A stretch of 64,000 bases of DNA, taken from NCBI GenBank assembly GCA_965261005.1, contig OZ253375.1, positions 1,856,001 through 1,920,000 on the forward strand, in the 5' to 3' direction. Positions within the stretch are counted from its first letter, which is position 1, and each line of letters opens with the position of its first letter. Positions 1 through 8,455 of this stretch are shown in pieces. This DNA is from Deinococcus sp. Lineage in GTDB: Bacteria > Deinococcota > Deinococci > Deinococcales > Deinococcaceae. The notes beneath the pieces were generated by a model. It was given only the letters and a program-made list of their open reading frames with translations. It was not told where the DNA came from and searched no databases. Both the position numbers and the translations under genes were made by a program.

Positions 1-390
1 AAAGCCCACGCCGGCCAGGGCGCCCGAAAGGGCCATCAGCAGCAGGTAGTTAAGGGTCGGGTTGGCGAAGTCCCCCAGCAGAAAGCTCAGCTCGGGGGCG
101 TTCGTCTCGTTCTCCTCGCGGCCGAGGCGCTCTTGGTGGCTGGGGGACACAACCGCGCTCAGCTCGCTCAGCTGGACCGAGCCGCCCTCCAGCGCGCCGA
201 GGTCTTCCAGCAGCGCCAGCACAGCGCGGCTGCCCCCGTTGGTGGTCTGAATGCTCAGCACGTCGCCGGGCGGCTTCAGCGAGGCGCCGCGCTGCACGCT
301 CAGGCCGATCACGCCGCTCAGCTGCCGCACGCCCTCGATGGCGGCGGGGGTGTGGTCGGGGGACAGGCTGACCTCGATGTTGCGTGGCAT
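1..390 (-). CDS. DUF389-like membrane protein, 5' part (runs off the window)
   Basis: Manual translation from ATG 390 (RBS AAGAGG): MPRNIEVSLSPDHTPAAIEGVRQLSGVIGLSVQRGASLKPPGDVL...NYLLLMALSGALAGVGF, resembling DUF389 N-termini. Confidence 0.65.
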   Translation of the reverse strand, partial: MPRNIEVSLSPDHTPAAIEGVRQLSGVIGLSVQRGASLKPPGDVLSIQTTNGGSRAVLALLEDLGALEGGSVQLSELSAVVSPSHQERLGREENETNAPELSFLLGDFANPTLNYLLLMALSGALAGVGF

Positions 391-413
391 AGGGCCTCTT
401 TCAAGTGCAAGCT

Positions 414-1358
414 TCAGGGGCGGGGTGGCAGGTCCATCAGCGCCACGACGACGGCGTGCGGCAAGGTGAGCGCGGCAATCAGGGCCAAGTACAGCGCGAC
501 GAAGACCTCCAACGACGTGACCCGGCCGGCGCTCCAAGCGTACAGGGCGCCCAGCGCAACGAGGGCGACCAGGGTGAGCGGCGCCAGGTCGCGCGCCAAG
601 CGGGCGGCAGGCCGGAGCCAGCGTCCTCGCGCGATTCCCGCCGCGTCGGCGGGGCGCAGCACCAACAGGCGGCCCAGGTGGCGCGGGGCGTGCCATAGCG
701 CGAAGTAGGCGCCAATGGACAGCGGCGCGGGCACCCAGACGAACACGCCGAGCAGCAGCGCCACCTCGCCCAGCTCCAGCGCGAGCCAGGCCGGGCTGCG
801 GGCCGCCCGCAGGGTGTCGAGCGCGTAGCCCACCAGCAAGGCGGCGCAGGTGAGCAGCAGCGCGCCGCGCGCCCCGGATGACAGCAGGGCGCCGGCGCCC
901 GCTGGGGCGCCGAAGGCGAGCGCCGCGCCGCGCGCCAACCGCCCGAAGTATTCGGGAAAGGCCAGCAGTGGGACCAAAATGGGCAATGCGCCGCGGGCCA
1001 GCAACGCGAGCGGCGCGCTCCAGCGGGCCGGGCGCCGGCGTCCCAGCGCGCTTTCCAAAAAGTGCAAATCGCCCTGCCCCCAGTGCAGCAGCGACACCGC
1101 CAAAAAGCCCCAAAAGGTCGCCAGCGGCGCGAGGCGCCACGCCAGCAGCACCAGCGCGGCCAAGGTCGCGTAGATCAGGCAGTACAGCAGCGTGGGTCCC
1201 AGGCGCTTGCCCCAAGCCCAGCCGCTGCGTCCGGGCACCAAGTGGTCGAGCGCCCCATGAGGCAATCCCAGCACGACGACACTGAAGAGAAGCGGCGCGA
1301 ACAGGTAAGCCTCCAAAGCCTGGGGCGCCAACGCCCACCCGAGCAGCAAGCCCAGCAT
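414..1358 (-). CDS. blh: Brp/Blh family beta-carotene 15,15'-dioxygenase (retinal synthesis)
   Basis: Multi-TM protein with His motifs GLPHGALDH, HWGQGD, WHAPRH and LTLPH; directly downstream of a rhodopsin. Confidence 0.92.
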   Translation of the reverse strand: MLGLLLGWALAPQALEAYLFAPLLFSVVVLGLPHGALDHLVPGRSGWAWGKRLGPTLLYCLIYATLAALVLLAWRLAPLATFWGFLAVSLLHWGQGDLHFLESALGRRRPARWSAPLALLARGALPILVPLLAFPEYFGRLARGAALAFGAPAGAGALLSSGARGALLLTCAALLVGYALDTLRAARSPAWLALELGEVALLLGVFVWVPAPLSIGAYFALWHAPRHLGRLLVLRPADAAGIARGRWLRPAARLARDLAPLTLVALVALGALYAWSAGRVTSLEVFVALYLALIAALTLPHAVVVALMDLPPRP

Positions 1359-1475
1359 GGCCGCCCAAGGCAGCGTGATCAGAAGGGCGCGCAGGCGGGC
1401 AGTCGCTTGGCGCCATCCAAAAGGCCGACGGGTATAGGCGTCATCACGTTCCTCTGCGTCCGGTCGGGGCGCGGC

Positions 1476-1506
1476 AAAAGAAACCCCTCGCCCCAGCGGC
1501 GAGGGG
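1476..1506 (-). terminator. Intrinsic terminator between rhodopsin and blh
   Basis: Minus strand CCCCTCGCC-gctgg-GGCGAGGGG followed by TTTCTTTT. Confidence 0.75.
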
Positions 1507-1518
1507 CGGCGCGAACGC

Positions 1519-2382
1519 TCAGGCAGCTTGCTGACGCTCGTCGCGCGCGGCGGGGTTGTCGCGCGAGGGGTTGAGCCGCTCGACCACCGAGGCCGCCGCC
1601 CAGTAGGCCACCACGCCCACGCCCACCTTGTTGATCACGTCGAACACCGAGAAGAAAATCTGGTTCCAGGTGGCGTTGTAGCCGGAGACCCAGACCAGCA
1701 GCACGTACCCGACTGGATAGACGCCCCACGTCGTGACGGTCGCGTAGGCCATGGTCATAAAGGCGCGGTTTTCCTCGGCGTGAGCGGCCTTTTGGTACTT
1801 GCGAAAGGCCGTGAACAGGATGATCGGAATGAAGATGTAGCCGATGGTCGAGATCCAGCCCCAGAATTGCCGGGTGCCGCCGAGGATGTTGCCGGTGGCG
1901 GTGATGGCGTTATCGCCGATGTAGCCGGTGAAGATCATAAAGAGGTCGGCCACGATCAAACCGATCACCGGCCAAATCACGTCCCGAATGCGCAGGCGCA
2001 GAATCAGCACGCTGCCCAGCAGCAAGAGCGGCGTGGTGATGCTCCAATCGAAGTAGCGGAACTGCCCGGTGGCGACGTAGCCCGCGTTGATCAGATTGTT
2101 GGTGCCGATACCGCCGGCGACGGCGTTTTGCTGGTCAACCGCTTGCAAGAAGTGGCGGTAGTTGTCCTGAATCAGGTAGTACGACAGGCCCGCCACGCCG
2201 CAGATAATCGCGTGAATGACCATCGAGACCCGGTGCTCGGGCACCACGCGGCCCTGCGAGGACAAAAAAAACACGAAGCCGCCGAAAAAGGCGAACATGG
2301 CGACCACCATGCTGTACCACGCGATCATGTTCAAAATTCCCACCCCGGCGGCGGTGGGAATGTAGATGCCTCCAAAATTCAT
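1519..2382 (-). CDS. Microbial (type 1) rhodopsin, DTG motif
   Basis: 7 hydrophobic helices; helix C RYFDWSITTPLLLLG, helix F WGVYP, helix G DVINK (retinal Lys252); RBS GGAGG. Confidence 0.95.
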   Translation of the reverse strand: MNFGGIYIPTAAGVGILNMIAWYSMVVAMFAFFGGFVFFLSSQGRVVPEHRVSMVIHAIICGVAGLSYYLIQDNYRHFLQAVDQQNAVAGGIGTNNLINAGYVATGQFRYFDWSITTPLLLLGSVLILRLRIRDVIWPVIGLIVADLFMIFTGYIGDNAITATGNILGGTRQFWGWISTIGYIFIPIILFTAFRKYQKAAHAEENRAFMTMAYATVTTWGVYPVGYVLLVWVSGYNATWNQIFFSVFDVINKVGVGVVAYWAAASVVERLNPSRDNPAARDERQQAA

Positions 2383-2424
2383 ACGACCTCCTGCTCTGCG
2401 CCGTGGCGCGGGAGAGAAACGGGT

Positions 2425-2691
2425 TTAGGAAGGCAAATTTTGGGAAGACAAGTTGAGCTGAACGCGCTCAAAGCCGGCGTCGTTCAGCAGCGTTTCCAAG
2501 TAACGCTGGGCCTTGCCGCGGCTGTCCCTTCCGGTCTCCGAAGTCAGCAGGTGGCGCTCGCCGTCCACCGTGGTGGCGAGCACCTCGTGGCGCTGCTGCT
2601 CATCGAGGCCGCTGGCCTCGATATCGAACATAACAACGTGATGAAGGGCCACGAAGGTGCCGGCCGGCGTCTGAACGAAAAGCGGTTTCAT
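2425..2691 (-). CDS. Small hypothetical protein at the head of the rhodopsin operon
   Basis: 88-aa ORF with TAGTGT -10 box 6 nt before the ATG. Confidence 0.6.
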   Translation of the reverse strand: MKPLFVQTPAGTFVALHHVVMFDIEASGLDEQQRHEVLATTVDGERHLLTSETGRDSRGKAQRYLETLLNDAGFERVQLNLSSQNLPS

Positions 2692-2950
2692 GGCCCAACA
2701 CTACGCGCAGTTATGTCGCGTCACGACAATCAAATCTAAATTTAGTTTCTTGCTAGGTTGTGCATTCTTTCATACTCGTGAATTTCATTTCAGGTTTACA
2801 TTCGAGAAGGTGGAGGGCCAAAGATGTGCGTGTGCCGCGCTTTTTTGAAAGAAGCCACCCCTTTACAGCGGGCAAAACAAGTCCACGCCGCGCCCATCCG
2901 GGTCCTCAGCCGTGGCGTAGCCCTGACCCCAAAAAGCGTCCTGGGGCTGT

Positions 2951-3985
2951 TCAGCTGCCCAGGTAGGCCAGCATCAGCTTTCCGGTCGCCTCCAGCGCGT
3001 CCAGGTGGGTGCGCTCGTAGGCGTGGCTGGCGTCCACGCCGGGACCGATCAGGGCGGCCGGGTAGTCGCCGCCCGCACGCCACGCGGCCGAGGCGTCGCT
3101 GCCGTAGTAAGGGTAAATGTCGGTGCGCAACTCCAGTCCCACCCGATTCGCCACCGCCCGCAGCCGGTTTCCGAGAGCGTGGTCGTAGGGACCACTGGAG
3201 TCCTTGACGCAGAGGGTGACGTGGTGCTCGTCGCTGTTTTGGCCGCTGCCAATGGCGGCCATGTCCACCGCGATCAATTCGTCGGTGTCTTCCGGAATGC
3301 CGTGGGCCGCGCCGTGGCCGACCTCCTCGTAGGTGCTCAGGTAGAAGTGGGCGGTGTGGGCGAGCTTCGCCTGCTGTTTCTGCAAGGCTCTCGTCACCGC
3401 CAAGAAAATCGCCACGGCGGCTTTGTCGTCAAGGTGGCGCCCCTTGAGGTAACCGCTTTCCGTCAGCACGGCGCGGGCATCCCAGCTGACGAAGTCGCCC
3501 ACCTCCACGCCCAGGGCGCGCGTGTCGGCGGCGCTGCGGGTCACGGCGTCCAAGCGCAGTTCCATGTTCGCCGCGTCGCGCCGCAGGTCGCGCAGTTCGG
3601 GGCCGTGGACGTGGGTGCTCTGCTTGATGTTCACCACCGTGCCGCCGATTGCCCCGCCGCCTTGCAGGTGAACCTGCGCGTACTCGCCCTCCACCGTCGC
3701 CCAGTCGTAGCCGCCCAGCTGCGTGAGGGCCAGCCGCCCGTTCGGCTTCAGCTCCTTGACCATGGCGCCCAGGGTATCCAGGTGGGCGCTGAACGCGATC
3801 ATCTTGCCCCCCGCCGGGCCGGGCAGGGTCCAGCGCAGCGCGCCCTTTTTGGTGCGCTCGCCCGCGACATTCAGCTGGGCGAGTTCGCCCTCGACGAGGC
3901 GCACGGCCTCCTCGGTGAGGCCGGTGGGGCTGGGCGTGTTCAGCAGGCGCAGCAGCACGTCCGCCGTGTAGGTGAGGTCGAACAT
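2951..3985 (-). CDS. M42 family metallopeptidase
   Basis: SAHLDTLG, HLDDKA, YEEVGHG and SHAYER motifs. Confidence 0.9.
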   Translation of the reverse strand: MFDLTYTADVLLRLLNTPSPTGLTEEAVRLVEGELAQLNVAGERTKKGALRWTLPGPAGGKMIAFSAHLDTLGAMVKELKPNGRLALTQLGGYDWATVEGEYAQVHLQGGGAIGGTVVNIKQSTHVHGPELRDLRRDAANMELRLDAVTRSAADTRALGVEVGDFVSWDARAVLTESGYLKGRHLDDKAAVAIFLAVTRALQKQQAKLAHTAHFYLSTYEEVGHGAAHGIPEDTDELIAVDMAAIGSGQNSDEHHVTLCVKDSSGPYDHALGNRLRAVANRVGLELRTDIYPYYGSDASAAWRAGGDYPAALIGPGVDASHAYERTHLDALEATGKLMLAYLGS

Positions 3986-4064
3986 TCGGCCACTTTAACG
4001 CGGCGCCGATGGAGGTGTTGAACTTTTTCGCCGACCGTCTTCGTAAGCTTCTTGGAGGTCCGTT

Positions 4065-4661
4065 ATGAACATTAAAAGCACACTCAGCCTGACCCTGCTC
4101 GCCACCCTCGCCGCCGGCAGCCTCGCCCTGGCCGCCACCTTGCCCACCTTCGGCTTCAGCAAGTCGGCCGGCGACAACATGATGACGATGGGCAACACCA
4201 TCGAGCTGACCGCCGCGCCGAACATGAAGTTGCTGTCGCACAGTGAGCAGGGCCAAAAGGCGACCTTGGTCTACGCCAGCGCCGACGCCAAGGCCGCCTT
4301 CGCGTTCTACGACGCCGCCCTGCGCGGCGAGGGCTGGAAAACCGACACCGCCATGAAGATGCCGGGTGACGCGATGGCCGGCAAGCCAGGGGAAGTCATG
4401 ACCGGCAAAGCCGGCGACAAGATGACCGGCAAGGCGGGCGACACGATGGCCGCGAAGCCAGGGGAAGTCATGACCGGCAAGGCGGGCGACGTGATGACCG
4501 GCAAAGCGGGGGACACGATGGCCGGTAAAGACGCCATGAGCGGCATGGTCATGGTGAAGGGTGGCCTGGAAGGCTACTACGTCCAAAAGAGCCTCAAGCT
4601 CGATTTGCGCTCGGAGGCCAAGAACGGCCGGACGACCGTGACGGTCCAAGTTCACCAATAA
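4065..4661 (+). CDS. Secreted protein with Met-rich octapeptide repeats
   Basis: Signal peptide, RBS GGAGG, internal M[TA]GK[AP]G[DE]x repeats. Confidence 0.8.
   Translation: MNIKSTLSLTLLATLAAGSLALAATLPTFGFSKSAGDNMMTMGNTIELTAAPNMKLLSHSEQGQKATLVYASADAKAAFAFYDAALRGEGWKTDTAMKMPGDAMAGKPGEVMTGKAGDKMTGKAGDTMAAKPGEVMTGKAGDVMTGKAGDTMAGKDAMSGMVMVKGGLEGYYVQKSLKLDLRSEAKNGRTTVTVQVHQ
4358..4540 (+). repeat. Intragenic 24-nt tandem repeat (about 7 units)
   Basis: Recurring ATGACCGGCAA(G/A)GC(G/C)GG(C/G)GAC and AAGCCAGGGGAAGTC blocks. Confidence 0.85.
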
Positions 4662-4678
4662 GCCTGATTTGATGGAGG

Positions 4679-4708
4679 GGCGAGGGGGCCTAGACAGGCC
4701 CCCTCGCC
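4679..4708. terminator. Hairpin between convergent genes
   Basis: GGCGAGGGGGCCT-agac-AGGCCCCCTCGCC. Confidence 0.7.
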
Positions 4709-5239
4709 TCAACTCGGTTCCTCTGCGAACAGGCGGGCGGTGGGGCGCAGCAAGGCGACCTTGGCGACGGTCGCGTTGGTGCGCGCCGCCTCACCCGGCG
4801 CGCCCCCGGCGTGTCCGTCCTCGGCGACGGTGACGTGGTAGCCCAGTTCGGCGGCGCGCCGCGCGGTGGCCGCCACGCTGCCCGAGGGTAGGCCCGCCAC
4901 GGTCAGGCGCGTGACCTTGAGGGCGCGCAACTCGGGGTCGAGGTTGGTGCCCTCAAAGGCGTTCGGCGCGCTCGCGCGCAGCTGCAACTCGCCGCTCTCG
5001 GCGCGAAAGTCGGGGTGCAGCAGCCAGCCCCTCGTCAGCGGCTCGTCCACGCCCGGCACCTCGTCGTGCTGCACGTAAACGAGCCAGGCCCCCTGTGCCC
5101 GTGCCCGCAGCGCGAGGGCGTTCAAGTTGGCACTCAGTTCGGCGGCGTTCGGAACGGCGTGTTCGCCCTCCAGGGCCGCTTGCTGCAAGCCGAGCAGCAG
5201 CAGGGCGCTGGGCGTCGTCATGCTTTGGTTCCCGGCCAC
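4709..5239 (-). CDS. Isochorismatase/cysteine hydrolase family protein, catalytic residues apparently replaced
   Basis: Fold motifs VYVQH, NAFEGTNLDPELR and ATARRAAELGYHVTVAEDG. Confidence 0.8.
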   Translation of the reverse strand: MAGNQSMTTPSALLLLGLQQAALEGEHAVPNAAELSANLNALALRARAQGAWLVYVQHDEVPGVDEPLTRGWLLHPDFRAESGELQLRASAPNAFEGTNLDPELRALKVTRLTVAGLPSGSVAATARRAAELGYHVTVAEDGHAGGAPGEAARTNATVAKVALLRPTARLFAEEPS

Positions 5240-5346
5240 TCGGTATCGGTCGTGCTGATCATGGCGTTACCTTAGCGCGTGACGAGGGGGGATAAAACCT
5301 GTTCCTTCAAACACTTTTCTGACGCCGCGCGCGCTACAATCACGCC

Positions 5347-5937
5347 GTGGAAGCAACTCAGGTCGGGGCAACTCACGTTGGACCTGGACAGATCGGGTCT
5401 GGGCCTACTGGAACTGGACAAGACGCGGCGCACAAGCTGAACGCGCCGCGCGTTCTGGTGCTCAACGCCTCCTACGAGCCGCTGCACGTGGCCTCGGCCA
5501 AGCGCGCCATCACGCTGGTGCAGTACGGCGTCGCCGAGGTGCTCGAAGAGAGCGAGGACATGGTGCGCTCGCCCAGCACGGTGATCGCCATTCCCTGCGT
5601 GATCCGCTTGAAGCGCTACATCCGGCGGCCACGGGCGCACCCCGTCCCCTTCAACCGGCGCAACGTGTTGCGCCGCGATTTTTATACCTGCCAGTACTGC
5701 GGCGCCCAGCGCGAATTGACCTTGGACCACGTCACCCCGCGCTCGCGCGGCGGGCGCCACGCCTGGGAAAACGTGGTCATTGCTTGCCGCGACTGCAACC
5801 AGCGCAAAGGGAGCCGCACCCCCGAGGAGGCGGGCCTCCACCTGCGCGCCCGCCCCAAGGCGCCCACCTTCGGTTTATACGTCGCCGGCCACTTCGCCGA
5901 GTGGCACGACAGCTGGCGGCAGTATTTGTACGCTTAG
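5347..5937 (+). CDS. HNH endonuclease family protein
   Basis: VLVLNASYEPL, RRDFYTCQYCG, LTLDHVTPRSRGG, ACRDCNQRKG; TACAAT 6 nt before the GTG. Confidence 0.92.
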   Translation: MEATQVGATHVGPGQIGSGPTGTGQDAAHKLNAPRVLVLNASYEPLHVASAKRAITLVQYGVAEVLEESEDMVRSPSTVIAIPCVIRLKRYIRRPRAHPVPFNRRNVLRRDFYTCQYCGAQRELTLDHVTPRSRGGRHAWENVVIACRDCNQRKGSRTPEEAGLHLRARPKAPTFGLYVAGHFAEWHDSWRQYLYA

Positions 5938-6426
5938 AGCGTGAGGTACGGGCGCAGCTGATCGGCGTAATGGGCGCGCTCTTCCGGCGGTATCCGGCGG
6001 CGTTTGTTGTACTGACTGTAGAGATCGTCCCCTTCGTACCTGGGAAAGACGTGCATGTGGTAGTGCCACACGTCCTGATTTCCAGCCGGCTCGTTGTGTT
6101 GCCGTGTGCTGACGCCGTCGCAGCCGTAGGCCACCTTCATGGCGAGGGCCACCCGGCGCGAGAGGGCGTGAATGCGGGCGCCGAGGTCGTCCGGCAGGCC
6201 GTATAAAGTGCTCGACCGGCACGATTAGGACGTGCCCGGGGTTACTGGGCCACCCCCCGGCGGCGACAAAAGCCATCACATGCTCACCGCGGTAGATGAT
6301 GTCGCCCTCGCGCGACCAGACGTGCTCGTTCTCGACTCCGGCGGCCAGGAGGCAAAAGGGGCAGGAGTAGTTCTCGGGCGCGTGCGAGACGTTTATTCCG
6401 GCCAGTGTACCGGCCCCACGCCACAT
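5934..6426 (-). pseudogene. HIT family protein, frameshifted near 6205
   Basis: N-half CPFC...NPGHVLIVPVEHF and C-half LYGLPDDL...QDVWHYHMHVFPR lie in different frames; start position uncertain. Confidence 0.8.
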
Positions 6427-6458
6427 TCCCCTTCCCCGTCCAGTGCTGTACTTCTGGC

Positions 6459-7406
6459 ATGATCTGGGACTGCGTGATCGTGGGCGGCGGGCCGGCGGGG
6501 CTGTCGGCCGCCGTGTACATGGGCCGCTTTCTGCACACGACCCTGGTGCTGGACGCCAGTTTAGAGGGCGTGCGGGCGCCGGAGTCGGCCCTGGGGCGCT
6601 GGACGTATGGGCAGACCAACGAGAACTACCTGGGCTTTCCGAAGGGGATCAGCGCCCTGACGCTGCATCGCCGGGGTGTGGCACAGGCCGCACGCTTCGG
6701 GGTGGAGTTTCGCGCCGAGCGGGTGGAGCGGGTGGAGCGAACCGGCGAGGGCTACCGCCTCCTCACCGACGGCGGCGACGAGGCGGCCAAAACTGTGATC
6801 TGGGCGGCGGGCGTGCGCGACCATTGGCCGGACTTTCCGGGGGCGCGCAAATTGGTGGGCAAGCAGCTCTTTTGGTGCGTCGTGTGCGACGGCTGGCGCA
6901 CGCTGGACAAGCGCTTATTGTTGCTCGGCAACGACGACAAGGCGGCGCGGGACGTGCTGCAATTCCTGACCTACACGCCGCACCTGACCATGCTGGTTGA
7001 CCCAGAACAGGACCGCCTCAGCGCGCGGGCGAAACGGCGGCTCACGGCGGACGGCGTGGACCTGCGACACGGGCGGGTGCGACGGGTAGACGTGCGGGGG
7101 GGCAAGGTGAGCTGCGTTCACCTGGAGGGCGGCGCCCGGCTGGAGGCGGACTACCTGTTCAGCCTCTACGGCTCGTCGCCCAACACGGAGGCGCTCGCGG
7201 GCCTGGGCGTGGACCTGGCGCGCAACGGGCACGTCCGCATCAACGAGAAGAATCAGACCAATCTGCCCACTTTTTTCGCGGCGGGCGACGTGACCAACGT
7301 CCACAACCAGCAGGTGGCCAGCGCCGTCCACGAGGGGGCGCAGGCGGCGCAGGCGTGCAACCACGTTCTCTACCCGGAGCGGCAAACTTTGCCCAAGCTG
7401 GGCTAA
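6459..7406 (+). CDS. Thioredoxin-reductase-like NAD(P)/FAD oxidoreductase
   Basis: IVGGGPAGLSAA, CVVCDG, TNLPTFFAAGDV. Confidence 0.88.
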   Translation: MIWDCVIVGGGPAGLSAAVYMGRFLHTTLVLDASLEGVRAPESALGRWTYGQTNENYLGFPKGISALTLHRRGVAQAARFGVEFRAERVERVERTGEGYRLLTDGGDEAAKTVIWAAGVRDHWPDFPGARKLVGKQLFWCVVCDGWRTLDKRLLLLGNDDKAARDVLQFLTYTPHLTMLVDPEQDRLSARAKRRLTADGVDLRHGRVRRVDVRGGKVSCVHLEGGARLEADYLFSLYGSSPNTEALAGLGVDLARNGHVRINEKNQTNLPTFFAAGDVTNVHNQQVASAVHEGAQAAQACNHVLYPERQTLPKLG

Positions 7407-7460
7407 TTACAGCGTCAACTAAGTTTTGCGCTATATAAGCGCGCGCTATTCCCGAATCTG

Positions 7461-7503
7461 TTCACCCCTCTCCCCTTGCGGGAGAGGGGCCGGGGGTGAG
7501 GGG
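7461..7503. repeat. REP-like palindromic element
   Basis: CCCCTCTCCC-cttgc-GGGAGAGGGG followed by CCGGGGGTGAGGGG. Confidence 0.65.
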
Positions 7504-7555
7504 TCTCACCCGCAAGCTCGAAGGACAATCCCATCAGAACTTCCTTGACGCTGGG

Positions 7556-8449
7556 CTAGGCGAAGCTTTTGCCCAGTGCGCTCCAGACGGCCCCCGCCAC
7601 CGCGTCCTGCACCAAGGCGGCCAGCAGCAACGGGTCGGCGCTCGGCTTGGCCTGGGAAGACAGCACAAAGGCGCTGTCGCCGTCGAAAGGGGTGTGCGAC
7701 GGGCGAATGACCCGCGCCAGAGCCGCTTGCGCCGCGTCCGCGAGGCGCTTTGCCTCCGGCTTGGTTAGGGCGTGCTCGGTGGCAACGGCCAGCAGGGTGG
7801 TGTTGACGATGTCGGAGGGGGCCATGCTCGGTTCCTGAATGCCTGTTCCTAGCCCGGCCAGCAGCTCGCCTGCCGGCCCCACCACGTCGCCAAAGGGGTT
7901 CACGACGGCCAGGCAGCCCACCCGCACGCCGGCGCGCTCCACCAGGGAACTGCCCAGGCCGCCGGGAGACAACCGCTCCGGGCCGAGGTACTTCCCGACC
8001 GTCGCCCCGGTGCCCGCGCCGAAGGGGCCGGTCTCGACGGCCGCGCCGCTGGCCGCTTGGGCCGCCGCGTAGCCGCTCGCGTCGTCCGGCCGCGCCTGTG
8101 GATCACCAGTCAGCAAGTCGTAGATGACGGCCGCCGGCACCAGCGGCACCTTCGCCGCCGGGGTGGGATGCCCGACGCCGCGCTCCTCCAGAAAACGCAC
8201 GACCCCGCTCGCCGCCGCGAGGCCGAAGGCGCTGCCCCCGGTCAGCAGCAGGGCGTGAACCCGCTCGATCTTCTTGTCGGGCGAAAGCAGAATCCCCTCG
8301 CGCGTCCCCGGCGACGGCCCCAAAAAGGACGCCGACGCCAGCATCCCCCCCGGCGGCCCCAGAATGACCGTGCAGCCGGTCTGCCCCACGCGGTCGGTCC
8401 AGTGGCCGACGAGGAAGCCGGGAATGGCGGTCAGGGTGGTGTTGTCCAT
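7556..8449 (-). CDS. P1/S58 (DmpA-like) peptidase
   Basis: PGTRE, LTGGSAFGL, GAGTG, NTTL, PSHTPFDGD. Confidence 0.9.
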   Translation of the reverse strand: MDNTTLTAIPGFLVGHWTDRVGQTGCTVILGPPGGMLASASFLGPSPGTREGILLSPDKKIERVHALLLTGGSAFGLAAASGVVRFLEERGVGHPTPAAKVPLVPAAVIYDLLTGDPQARPDDASGYAAAQAASGAAVETGPFGAGTGATVGKYLGPERLSPGGLGSSLVERAGVRVGCLAVVNPFGDVVGPAGELLAGLGTGIQEPSMAPSDIVNTTLLAVATEHALTKPEAKRLADAAQAALARVIRPSHTPFDGDSAFVLSSQAKPSADPLLLAALVQDAVAGAVWSALGKSFA

Positions 8450-8455
8450 CGCTCT

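Noticed and set aside
2711..2727. TTATGT... as a DdrO-binding RDRM site
   Set aside because: The right half does not match the 17-bp palindrome
4358..4540. Possible CRISPR array
   Set aside because: Contiguous in-frame 24-nt coding repeats without unique spacers; no cas genes in the window
5347..5937. HNH gene as a defence or mobile nuclease
   Set aside because: Common standalone HNH type; no methylase, repeat array or mobile context
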